Positions 24,765 to 35,800 of a stretch of DNA of 64,000 nucleotides are shown piece after piece (position 1 is the first letter of the stretch; every line of letters begins with the position of its first letter). Position numbers and translations under genes: made by a program. Under the pieces are notes generated by a model. That model had not been told where the DNA came from, searched no databases, and worked only from the letters and a program-made list of their open reading frames with translations. Source of the stretch: Laetmonice hystrix. Its lineage: Eukaryota. Where the stretch lies: assembly GCA_965235115.1 (NCBI GenBank), contig OZ249436.1:41790001-41854000 (forward strand), read 5' to 3'.

Positions 24765-27118
24765 GGGTCATTCCACGCGGATTCACCTAGAGCCTCCCAG
24801 GTGACCATCTCTGATTTTGATGAATTTTTTTTTTACAAGTACCTCCACATGTTTGATGAACGCATACAAAATTTTTTGCTCCAACTTCCAGTAGTTTTTC
24901 AGATATTAATTTTTAAAATATGTGTGTCGGTGCATACTGTGCATGTCAAAAGTCATTTTTGTGCTTTTTCCCATTTTCAAAGCGTTATATCTCAGGACTG
25001 GTTGCATGTATCAGGCTGAAATTTGGTATGTGCAAGGTCCCCTACCCACATATTCAGTGCCAATCATCAAAGTTGTGCTAAATTGCATTTTTTATTTTTT
25101 ATAGCTGACTGAAAATGGCATTTTGTTCATATCGGAACATTTTTTTCAAACTTTAGGGGGCTCTACACAAAATGTGTATTAAGTGATCATCTTCATATTA
25201 CAAAGCTTACCTCAGTAGATTACCAGCTTGTGTTTAACCAAAAACAATGCCCATCATAGTAATAGTTTTTGAGCTGTAGCTGCATGAAAACTGATCATGT
25301 GTGAAAAACGTCGAAAAAAGCTTTCCATTCTAGGTAGGATTTCACCATGTAGGCAACTACTCAGACACTTCAATTTTTTTCAAAAGGTAGAATAACTATA
25401 TGACATTTGTCAGTAGAAATATTTTTATCTAACTCAAAAGGCTTCATGTTTTAAAAAATACCAGTTTAGACAGTATTAAACAGAATGTAGAAATCCATTA
25501 TATCTCATTTAAATATATGTAAAATGTATTTAGCATAGTTTATGCCTACTAAATATCTACTGAACATACATCTGTTCATAATTATAATTAATTCATAATT
25601 AAATAATTAAATAAAATAATAAAATAAAATAATTAATTAAATAAATTAATTGAATTAATAAATTAATCTAAAATGGATTTAGCATAGTTTATGCCTACTA
25701 AATAACTACTGAACATTCATCTGTTCATAATCATAATTAATTCATAATTAAATAATTAACTAATTTAATTAACTAATTTAATTAACTAATTTGATTACCT
25801 AATTTAATTAAATAAAATAATTAAGTAAATAAATAAACTAAATTAAATAATTAAGTAAATAAATTAAATAAATAATTAAATAAATTTATTTTACCATGAA
25901 GCCTTGTGAGTTAGTTAAAAAACATGGAGAGCTTTTTTCGACATTTTTCAAACATAACCGATTTTCATGCAGCAAAAGCTCAAAAACTACTCCTTTGATG
26001 GGCATTGTTTTTGGCTTGTTTTTAACGCATAAACTATGCTAAATCCATTTTAGATTAATTAATTAATTAACTTAATTAATTCAATTTATTTAATTAATTA
26101 TTTAATTATTTTATTTAATTATTTTATTTAATTATTTAATTATGAATTAATTATGATTTTGAACAGATAATTGTTCAGTAGTTATTTAGTAGGCATAAAC
26201 TATGCTAAATCCATTTTAGATTAATTAATTAATTAATTAAATTAATTAATTATTTAATTACCTAATTTAATCATTTAATTATGAATTATTATGATTATGA
26301 ACAGATGTATGTTCAGTAGTTATTTAGTAGTTATAAACTATGCTAAATCCATTTTAGATATTTTTTAATAAGATATTATGGATTTCTACATTCTGTTTAA
26401 TACCGTCTAAACTGTTTTTTTTTTAAACATGAAGCCTTTTGAGTTAGATAAAAAGAATTCTACTGACAAATGTCATATAGACATTCTACCTTTTATAAAA
26501 ATTTGAAGTGTCTGAGTAGTTGCCTACATGGTGAAATCCGACCTAGAATGGAGAGCTTTTTTCGACGTTTTCAACCATGATCGATTTTTATGGAGCTACA
26601 GCTCAAAAACTATTATTGTGATGGGCATTGTTTTTGGCTAAACACAAGGTGGGAATCTACTGAGGTAAGCTGTGTAATATGAAGATGATCACTTAATACA
26701 CATTTTGTGTAGAGCCCCCTAAAGTTTGAAAAAAATGTTCCGATATGAACAAAATGCCATTTTCAGTCAGCTATAAAAAATAGAAAAATGCAATTTAGCA
26801 CAACTTTGATGATTGGCACTGAATACGTGGGTGGGGACCTTGCACATACCAAATTTCAGCCTGATACATGCAACCAGTCCTGAGATATAACGCTTTGAAA
26901 ATGGGAAAAAACACAAAAATGACTTTCTACGTATAAAGTCTGCACCGACACACAAATTTTAAAAATTAATTTCTGGAAAACTACTGGGAGTTGGAGCGAA
27001 AGATTTTGCATGTGTTCATCACACATATGGAGGTACCTGTAAACAAAAAATCATAAAAATCTGAGATGGTCACCTGGGAAGATTTCTGGATTTCAGGTGA
27101 TTCCGCACGGAATGACCC
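24765..27118. mobile_element. 2.35-kb palindromic non-autonomous DNA transposon, Sola2-like
   Basis: ACAG|GGGTCATTCC ... GGAATGACCC|ACAG: 4-bp TSD and GRG/CYC termini, both known Sola2 hallmarks. Inverted arms of ~1.1 kb surround a very AT-rich centre. No ORF. Confidence 0.8.
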
Positions 27119-28154
27119 ACAGGCCTACATTGTTTTCCCCGAAGTCAGAGGGCAATATTACGACAGTATCATGTTCATGATACAACTTAAATTACAAGTA
27201 GTCCTACCATGTGTCGCGCATGTGTCGTTCATGGGCGCGGCCATATTGCTTCCCATAATTTGATAAATTACCGTATTGACGCCCATTTGGGTAAATTAGG
27301 TGATTCCTTTTCCTTCTTCAAACGTTCCCCTTCATACCAGAAATTTATATTTGCACATACAACGCCGAAGGAGCAGGTGTCAATAATGCACTACTTTCTG
27401 GCTCGGTGGGATATGACGGTTCACTCAGTGCCTCGCTACACACCTCCATTTGGCCATGTATCCGGTTGCCAAACATGGCCACTAATCCACCCGAGGGTAT
27501 ATTCGAATAGCAGGAAGTGACGTCATATGCCCGAGGGAATCCCGAATGCTCTTTTGAGTGGGCGCCACGCACCTGCACCTTAAAATCGGCGATCCATGAC
27601 CTGGGGTCGAATAAGGAATAAGGAATAAGTAACTAACTTCACAGAACATGGTTAGATAGAACAGTTAGTGAACCAAAAGTACCATGTGCCCTATGTTTCA
27701 CTCTAACACCTGCCAACTACTCTTGGACTTAATATAAGATCTGATATGATCTGCAGCAGCTGTGGATAGCTGCCGAGGTCAGCCGTCCTCGTAGTGAAAT
27801 CAGCCGCCCACTCTGTGGTTGTGTGGTGATCCGTCAGTTCACGTATTGAATCGGTACAGAATACCTCACTGAATCCATGGTGATTCTTTAAAAGGACGCG
27901 ATTATGTTCTGTCAGGCCCCTGGGCCACCTCGTCAGTTTTGACACTTGATTAAATATCTGCCACGTTGTCAATGACAATTGTCGAGGTTCGATGGCAAGG
28001 TCCTCTAGGAAATGCTTATAAATATTCATCAAGGAGATAGGCTACTATTATATATCATCCTGTTGTCAACTGAATAAAATTGATGCTCTTAACGAGTGAA
28101 GACTTCATTATAATAGCTTCTTTATTTGATACCCTTCCGATTTCCGATGGAAAC

Positions 28155-28252
28155 ACCACAGGCGCTAGAAGCGCTCGCTAATGTCCGCCGTCTAGATATA
28201 TTATAGCCTATATAGACGGCGGTCATTAGCGAGCGCTTCAAGCACCTGTGGT
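28155..28252. repeat. ~100-bp imperfect palindrome (hairpin or mini-MITE)
   Basis: accacaggcgctagaagcgctcgctaatgtccgccgtcta ... tagacggcggtcattagcgagcgcttcaagcacctgtggt. Confidence 0.8.
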
Positions 28253-28384
28253 ATATCGTGGCTTGTGGTTTTTTTTAACGTTTTGTCTGGAGGCACAGCC
28301 CCGTCATCACATCCCTTACAACTTTCTCTTTGGTCAGTCGAAATGAAGTTCACATCATGTCTCCCGGATGACCTTTTTCAGTTA

Positions 28385-28856
28385 GCGTCAAACCACCATT
28401 ACTCACTCATCGTCTGGTGGGATTCGCCGTGAAGATTGCCTTAAATACCGACATGACGTCAAACCGCCATTACTCACTCATCGTCTGGTGGGATTCGCCG
28501 TGAAGATTGCCTTAGATACCGACATGACGTCAAACCGCCATTACTCACTCATCGTCTGGTGGGATTCGCCGTGAAGATTGCCTTAGATACCGACATGACG
28601 TCAAACCGCCATTACTCACTCATCGTCTGGTGGGATTCGCCGTGAAGATTGCCTTAGATACCGACATGACGTCAAACCACCATTACTCACTCGTCTGGTG
28701 GCATTCGTCGTCAAGATTGCCTTAAATACCGACATGACGTCAAACCACCATTACTCCCTCGTCTGGTGGCATTCGTCGTGAAGATTGCCTTAAATACCGA
28801 CATGACGTCAAACTGCCATTACTCACTCATCGTCTGGTGGGATTCGCCGTGAAGAT
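28385..28856 (+). repeat. 71-bp tandem repeat (~6.5 copies, two 67-bp variants) resembling a SINE 3' tail
   Basis: Unit acgtcaaaccgccattactcactcatcgtctggtgggattcgccgtgaagattgccttagataccgacatg. The cgtcaaac..ca..actcactc part parallels the tails of the SINEs at 39586 and 53822. Confidence 0.9.
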
Positions 28857-29253
28857 GCACACTGCGCAAGCTCGTACTCTGGAGACTACATCCCTGCTGG
28901 TTTGGGATTGTGGGAAAACAAATCGTTTCCCCACAATGCACTGGTGCAATCATGCATACGCTGGCCTAATGGCGTAGTGAAGTGATAGAAATGTAGTCTT
29001 GATAGTTCAAAAGAAAAAAAAACAGTTCAGCAAAGTAGTTTGTATTTGAGTTATTTAAAATCAAATCACATTTAAATCTGATACACAATCTCTGATAATA
29101 TCGGTAATGTTTGATTATAATTATTTAGTGAGTAGCAGTTATAACTGCTGGCAGGTGTTCATGTTGACACTGACGAGTCGTTCTGCTACTGACACTGCAC
29201 GATTGGCGACGTTCTTCAGCTTCTTGTAGGAGATTCGGACATGTGTTTGCAGG

Positions 29254-29385
29254 ATGCTTCACAAGGCATTGACAGAAGCCAAGAAAGGACCTGGAATTAC
29301 TTTTGATATGAAAGACAGGCACGAGGCCTTTTCGTCATTCTGCGACGAAAAGGATGCGTTGTGTTTACTGAAGACTGGGTATACG
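29254..29385 (+). pseudogene. Possible RecQ-like helicase N-terminal fragment (transposon-derived)
   Basis: GITFDMKDRHEAFSSFCDEKDALCLLKTGY resembles the approach to motif I of RecQ-like helicases (Q.EA...F..GKDV...LPTGYGKS). The GKS is missing and similarity stops there. Confidence 0.25.
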
Positions 29386-29889
29386 GACGAACCAAAAGAG
29401 GTTAGTTGCAGCAAAAACGGAGGGAAAGTGCAGATGGCCTTAGATGTGGCGTCACTCACTCACCCCATCTCCTGGTGGGCGTATTTATCAGGAGCACTCT
29501 AAACTCAGCCGGTGCACTCTCCATATTCACACACCTGACCGTTGCTCCATTGTGATAAGAAGAAATGATATATTATCATTTACAAAAGAAAGTACACGGC
29601 CTCGAGCCATGAACAACAAACATGAACAATCAACTGCAGCTCAAGCCCACTATCTTCTGTTTTTATCAGATGTACCATTACAGAAAGGCGAGAGTGATAG
29701 GCATGGCTGTGCAATACGTCCATGCTATCATAAATAGATAATTTTGTGAAGTGTATATTTTGATGGGGCCGTCATGAAAGGGATGGCTTCATTGCCAATT
29801 CTCCTTCAAGGTGAGTTTCTAAGAAAGGTTTTCCTTTAGGTAAATCAGAAGGGCGATGTAGTTTAGTAAGAATAACAGTGCAACTTTAA

Positions 29890-30438
29890 AGGAAATATGT
29901 CACGGGGGTATCGACCGAAATCTTCAGTTTTCTGCTTACCTGCTTACCACTGACGTACTTTATGGCACTGATTGTTTTTCATATTGATTCTGTTAACACA
30001 TACTACGAGTAGACAGCTGTGAAATTCTTCCTAATGGAGAAAAATGAATAAAACTAGCTGCAGTTTCCGCAAAGTGCGATGAATCCGCCATTTTGGCCCC
30101 CTTTGGCTGCCGCGAATCGTTTGAACGGGTCCCATGATCACGTGACTCTCGCTGTGATTACTCAAGATGTAATGATAGTGGGATAGTGGGATTATAATGG
30201 CCCCTCCGCCGATCGTGCGAGAAGGGTGCAAAACACAGCCGGCTGCAAATCCCAGGGTCTCGGAATCTAAGTGTGTCATTTTCAGTGACCGCATTAAGAA
30301 TTGGCGAATTTTTTTACAAAATACCGGCCAAAGCTACATAAACAGGTAGGGGACCTTTGGGGCATATCGGAGAACCTCAATGCAGACATATTTTTGCTGA
30401 AACACGACGTATTATTTGAAATTCGTGACATATTACCT
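29890..30438. mobile_element. Kolobok-type MITE (549 bp)
   Basis: TTAA|AGGAAATATGTCACG ... CGTGACATATTACCT|TTAA: TTAA TSD with purine-purine (AG) termini. Confidence 0.8.
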
Positions 30439-32378
30439 TTAATTTGAGGTGTAGTTTCACTGAGAGAAAAAGGTTGAAAGATTCAGTCGGAGAGCCGGAT
30501 GATGTTTGTTTGCGTGCGGCATTCGGTCTTGCATTACAAATTACGAAACGAATTCCCGTTCATGATAGAAAGAGACTACCAAAACAACGGCATAATTAGG
30601 GCTTATTGTATACAAATAATATTTTCCTATAAACACAAAGTAACACGATGATAATTCCCTGTATTTGACAAAGAGAACTTGTCCAAATATTATGACCATG
30701 TTAAAAGGATATAAATCACCAGATTTGTACTATGTTGGGGTCCTAGCTTTACTTTAAGAATCTGCATTTAAGCAGAGGAGCCTGTAGCGCTAGAAGATAC
30801 CCTCCAGTCTATATATGAAGCGTCTTCTCCCCTTCGGATCAGAGGCACTGCCTACAATCTGGCCCTAAGATCATATCACCTCCTTACCGAATTAAGGTTC
30901 TTGGCACGGTGAAAAAAGACATCCTGGGCTATGTAGATTATCATAAAGTTGTTGAAATATATACAAATATACATCTTAAAAATCATTTCCTGCCGAATTG
31001 TCAACGACTTCGATCCGCGCGCTTATAGCCTAACTGACGCCATGCGCTGATTTGGTTGATGTTTGATAATGTGTTTTCTCATCCCATGTTAAACCAATGG
31101 GGAAATTGTGACGTAACCATCCTTTAGGGACCATTGTGGCGCGTTTCGAGGTTATTTCTGCTCATTTACATATCTAGGACACGAGACTTGCACTTCCGCA
31201 ATGGATAACGTCGACAGTGACAACTTTGGGCATGCATTAATACAAGTAGGGCCACATTACGTATTTCGGGCTGTAAATAATTATCAAAGGAAAATCAAAC
31301 TCAAGTGCGATTTTTGTATCGTTCTTCATTATTTGACAAGGGCAAGATTAATTAACCCAGTTTACCCGATCCATATATATATAGAATAATAAGCCCTAGA
31401 TCTATGTATCTCCAATTCATATTGAAAGGTCACTCACTATAACATAGTAGAAGACAATGACGCGAAGTAACAACTTGTGGCGGCTACGAAGTTTACCTGA
31501 AGGGGTGTTCCTCATCATGTCGTTAGCTTGTCGGATCGTTAACTCCAATGTATTTTCAATGGGGATTTTAACGCACGACAAGATAACGACAGATGAGGAA
31601 CGCACCCTTGCAGGCTCCTGTGATTTATCTGTAGGTAGGTGCGTAGGAAGGCGTGAGAAGGGTGGGAGCCGTGGCCGGCTGTAGGACTGCATGGGGGTGA
31701 TGAATGTTACATCACCACAGGGGGCCGCTGTCTATTTCAAAGTGGGGGGGGGGGGGGCAACCCAGGTTTGTTTCACCCCCACCCCCCAATCGAGGTAGGC
31801 CTAATTTCTGGGAGGCTTTGAAGTTTGACCAGCACAATTAGGGGGGCCTCCCCCTGGCGCCCCTGCACCACGGTGAGGTGCTGGCCTCCATCAGGAGCCC
31901 ACCCACTAGAGAGGGCCGACCAGTGAAGCTGCAGTAATGGTTCCAAGGTTTCTATTATTGACATCCAGTTCTCTGCTTCCGTGGCCTGACCGATCTACCG
32001 TAGCGCCTCCCTTTCGGAATCGTTCGTGCATTAGACAGCCGCCTCTCGAAATCCATCAAAAGACGAGCGACTCGTCCTCTAAAAGCTTTGTGGCCAAATT
32101 TAGGGGGGGTGGGGGGGGGGGTGGATGCAGCTGAAACATCGGGCTCCAAAGTGGGTTTCAACACTCGGACCGCTGAGACCCGTTAAAGCGTTTTCTATAC
32201 TTCACAACCGTAACTGAATCTTCGGCACCGCTGACATTTCCTGGAAACATAATCAGATTTTCTGCTTCTGCCATATAGGATTACGACTTCACGGTCGGGA
32301 TTCCTTACTATAGGGATGGCGTTCGTGGGCTAACCCGGTCCTCTCGTTTACTCGTCTGGCTAAAGTGCCATCTCGACT

Positions 32379-32497
32379 AGTTAGGTCTACCACGTATAAC
32401 GTGATAAGTTATGATATGATTAGTTAGGTCTACCACGTATAACATGATAAGCTATGATCTGATTAGTTAGGTCTACCACGTATAACAGCTATGATAT
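32379..32497. repeat. ~43-bp tandem repeat, about 3 copies
   Basis: tagttaggtctaccacgtataac...gatatga repeated. Confidence 0.85.
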
Positions 32498-32745
32498 AAG
32501 GTGCATTTTATTTGATTCAGAGTTCCAAATTGTTACAATAAAAGGGTGGGACAGCGTAAATACAAATCATAATTAGGACTCTCATTTGTGACCCTGGAAT
32601 AAACATCCGCCTATAGAAAACTAATTATTTATGAGGGAATGCTACGTTATATTTATCCAACGCCTTGAAAATAAATCCAAATATTAAATATTAAATCTCA
32701 TCCATTCTTGGAAATATTAGGAGAGCCTGAGCTAGATTTCCTTTG

Positions 32746-32837
32746 GTATCATGGAAGGAAAAGAACTGGATACTACTTCAGTCGTTGGTTAAAACCAATG
32801 ACTAAAGTAGTATCAATTTCGTTTCCTCCTATGATGC
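32746..32837. repeat. 92-bp imperfect palindrome (45-bp stem, 2-nt loop)
   Basis: gtatcatggaaggaaaagaactggatactacttcagtcgttggtt-aa-aaccaatgactaaagtagtatcaatttcgtttcctcctatgatgc; 5 mismatches plus G:T pairs. Confidence 0.8.
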
Positions 32838-35800
32838 TTCGGTTGGCTTCGGAAAACACATACTAGATCTGTCTGACGTTACATCAATCTCGGACACAAC
32901 TGACACATTTATACAATACTATCACCGTTACATTATGTGTCTGTGATCTCTGGTTCAGTGAAGATTGGGTCACAACTCGTCACCCCTGCTGCGTTACTCC
33001 TTGTGAAAATCTCTTTGGTGTCAGAATAAGGCACACTGTTGACTCTATCCAACCCGTTAAAGAGAATTGGCCTTTTCGTACTTTTCCTGCTATAATTATA
33101 TAGGTGAAGCTTACCGTAACACTTATATATATTAGAATGGGTATAGATTGGGGACTTATACCCAGAAGGTTGAATTGGAGGTTTTACACCCGGTATTTGA
33201 GTCATTTTAATTCAGTCAAGGGACCTATTTTACCCCCGAGTCCCAGGGGGTGGGTGATGAGGAGGACGAAGTGAGGAATAAACCTACTACCGGGAGGCAA
33301 TCCCCTACTCTTTTTGAAAAATGGCAATGATTCTTTTATATGCCCAGTCGTCAGTGGCCAGTGAGAAAAAATGGCATTGAAGAATGCAAATCCATCTGTG
33401 CCACGCAATCCGACACTCGACCACTTCCCCACACCAGCCCTCGCCCTATTTGTCACCTTTTACGAACAGCCAGGCTTTGAGCTGAGGATCATTCTTTACT
33501 CTGATCCCCGAGGGGACCAGATAATGGAAATATGACAGCAAATCCTTACAATAAGAAACCTAGTTTATTAGATCCGTCAACCTATAATTATAGGCGCCTT
33601 ATACCGAGGTGCGGTATGCATAAACCAACGTTAATCTGCTGCCCAATACAATACAACTTGACAGGTATACGATGGCCCAATAGTACAAAAACACCAATCC
33701 CATTATAAACATTTCTCCTCTCCGTTGGAAAAAAAATCCTCCATTTAATTACATAAGAAACTTAGCAAACGCGAAGTTATACAGCGCATTTCATCTGTCG
33801 TGTTACTTTTTAAAATGCATAAGATGTGTATCTAGTAGAAGTTTTTAAACGTATTATGGTCGGGGCTAATAGGCAATCACATTGCGTCTTCCAAAGCTCC
33901 TTCCCGAGTTTTCAAAGTGCCAAGATGACAACTCAGTGACTGAAGTTTCAGGGAAGGACATGGTTCTTTAAAACAAAGTCCCGCATTATACACTAACCTG
34001 ATCGTCCACCCAGCTCACCATGCAGTGAACCTTGCAAGCGCGGAGGATGGATTTTGTACTTTAGTGCCACAGTACACAACTAATGTTTTCAATCCAGGTT
34101 ACAGTTTCGGGCGGCGGTGACTGTGGGCGACCGAGGCCATATCAGTGGCTTCGCTGAACAGAACTAATGATAGAAATCATATAAATACCAATGAAATGTC
34201 GCCGCAGGTTCGGAGCGACTTAGAAAATATCCCTAATTAATGGTGACATTTTGGGCGTTGAAGGGATACGGTCTAGGATAATGACACCTTGTCGGAGGAG
34301 GACGCAATGCCCAGAATTGGTGAAATAGTTTCGCTGCTATCCTCAAACACAACACACATAAAACAACAGTGTCCGTACCACTACAGGACATTGTAACTGC
34401 AGGGTTTCCTGCAGGCCCTTTTTTTTTGGGGGGGGGGGGAGAGACTCCCCCCATTATTCAGCTACTCCCCCCCCAAAAAAAATTCCCAGGGGGAAATATT
34501 TTTCATTACTCCCCCCCTCCCAAACTCGCAGCATTCCCCCCCCCCCCCCAAAAAAAAAAAAAAGTCGCAAATCTCCAGGAAAGCCTGTACATACTGTATT
34601 TTGATACTGCTTGAATTGACTTCGGACCACAATAGATTCCACCGTCATCCTCTTCCTGACACAGCGATGCAACTCGGGGCAGGCAAAATTACCTGAACTT
34701 TTTTTTACCAAGGAAAAAGGGGTATAGGCCTACATACATACTAAAGTCACTGGCAAAACATGCCAGTCTGCTTTGAATCTGTTCTTGGTGCCGCGATCAA
34801 CACGATTTGAGGAAAGCCATCGTGTTCGCGGAGCAAGGAAAGTTGCTCTGTTTTGGTCAAGACAGTGACAGGAAGCACGTGGAATGTCATCAGCAGTAAC
34901 TCTATAACATGTTTGACCAATCAGAGCGCAGTATCAATTAAGGCCCGGAAGATTAGCTTGTGTACCTGACTGGCGGAACGCTGGCACACCACGGGCCAGG
35001 GAGACCGACGATTCAACACACGATCTGACAGGACACGTGTGGGGTGAAGCCGTGAATGCTTGGGGCTCATTTTAATGGAGAAAGATGGCAGAGATTTTAG
35101 ATCATTTAAATGATTTTTTAGCATTCCTACCTGAAATAAGGATGCGATAGAGCGAAAAATGGCGGTAATTTGAGAATCTGAGAAGCAGTTTTTATGGTTT
35201 GGCTAATTACCTGAAATCAGGTAATTAGAGTTGCATCCCTGTCAGTCCGTAATTCAAATTTGTTACCGAGAAGTCTTTGTCACAAGATTCATATTGCTTG
35301 GCTGTCTTCTAGGAGGAAAACAGTTACATATTAGTATATTACATATTCTCACAGCTAGGAAGTTTTATATATGTGACTCCTGAAACTCGCGGATGGTCGA
35401 AACAACAATATGAACCTGAGTGTTCATGCATATAAGATATGTATATGTGGGGAAAAAGAAGTTTTCCTCAATTTACGCATAATATCTCAATTGCTCCTCT
35501 CGGCTCGGAAATAGCGATCCGACCCCAAGTTGAGCACGGTTTGTTGTGGTCTTTGAGAGTATGAACATGACCTGTTTGAGAGCCCTGTTCTCAGCATGTC
35601 TCTCCTATCAGGCACGGAGGTGGGGGGGGACATCCTTCAGTTGGCCGAGCATAGGGTTTTTTCAATTCAAAAACCGCGGCATTACTCTGACCTTGTTAAG
35701 GCGACGTCAGAACGTCTCGCGTACCACAATGTTTTTTTCTCAAACGATTTTTTTTCTTCATGTCCCCAACAGGGCTCCGTACTATAGCCTATTTGGCTGC

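Noticed and set aside
27703..28032. 109-aa minus-strand ORF with protein-like composition
   Set aside because: No recognisable family, and the cyclase needs no exon here because exons 1 and 2 join seamlessly.
31718..34600. G/C homopolymer tracts as G-quadruplex regulatory elements
   Set aside because: They lie in small MITE-like repeats where such runs are typical; no independent support.
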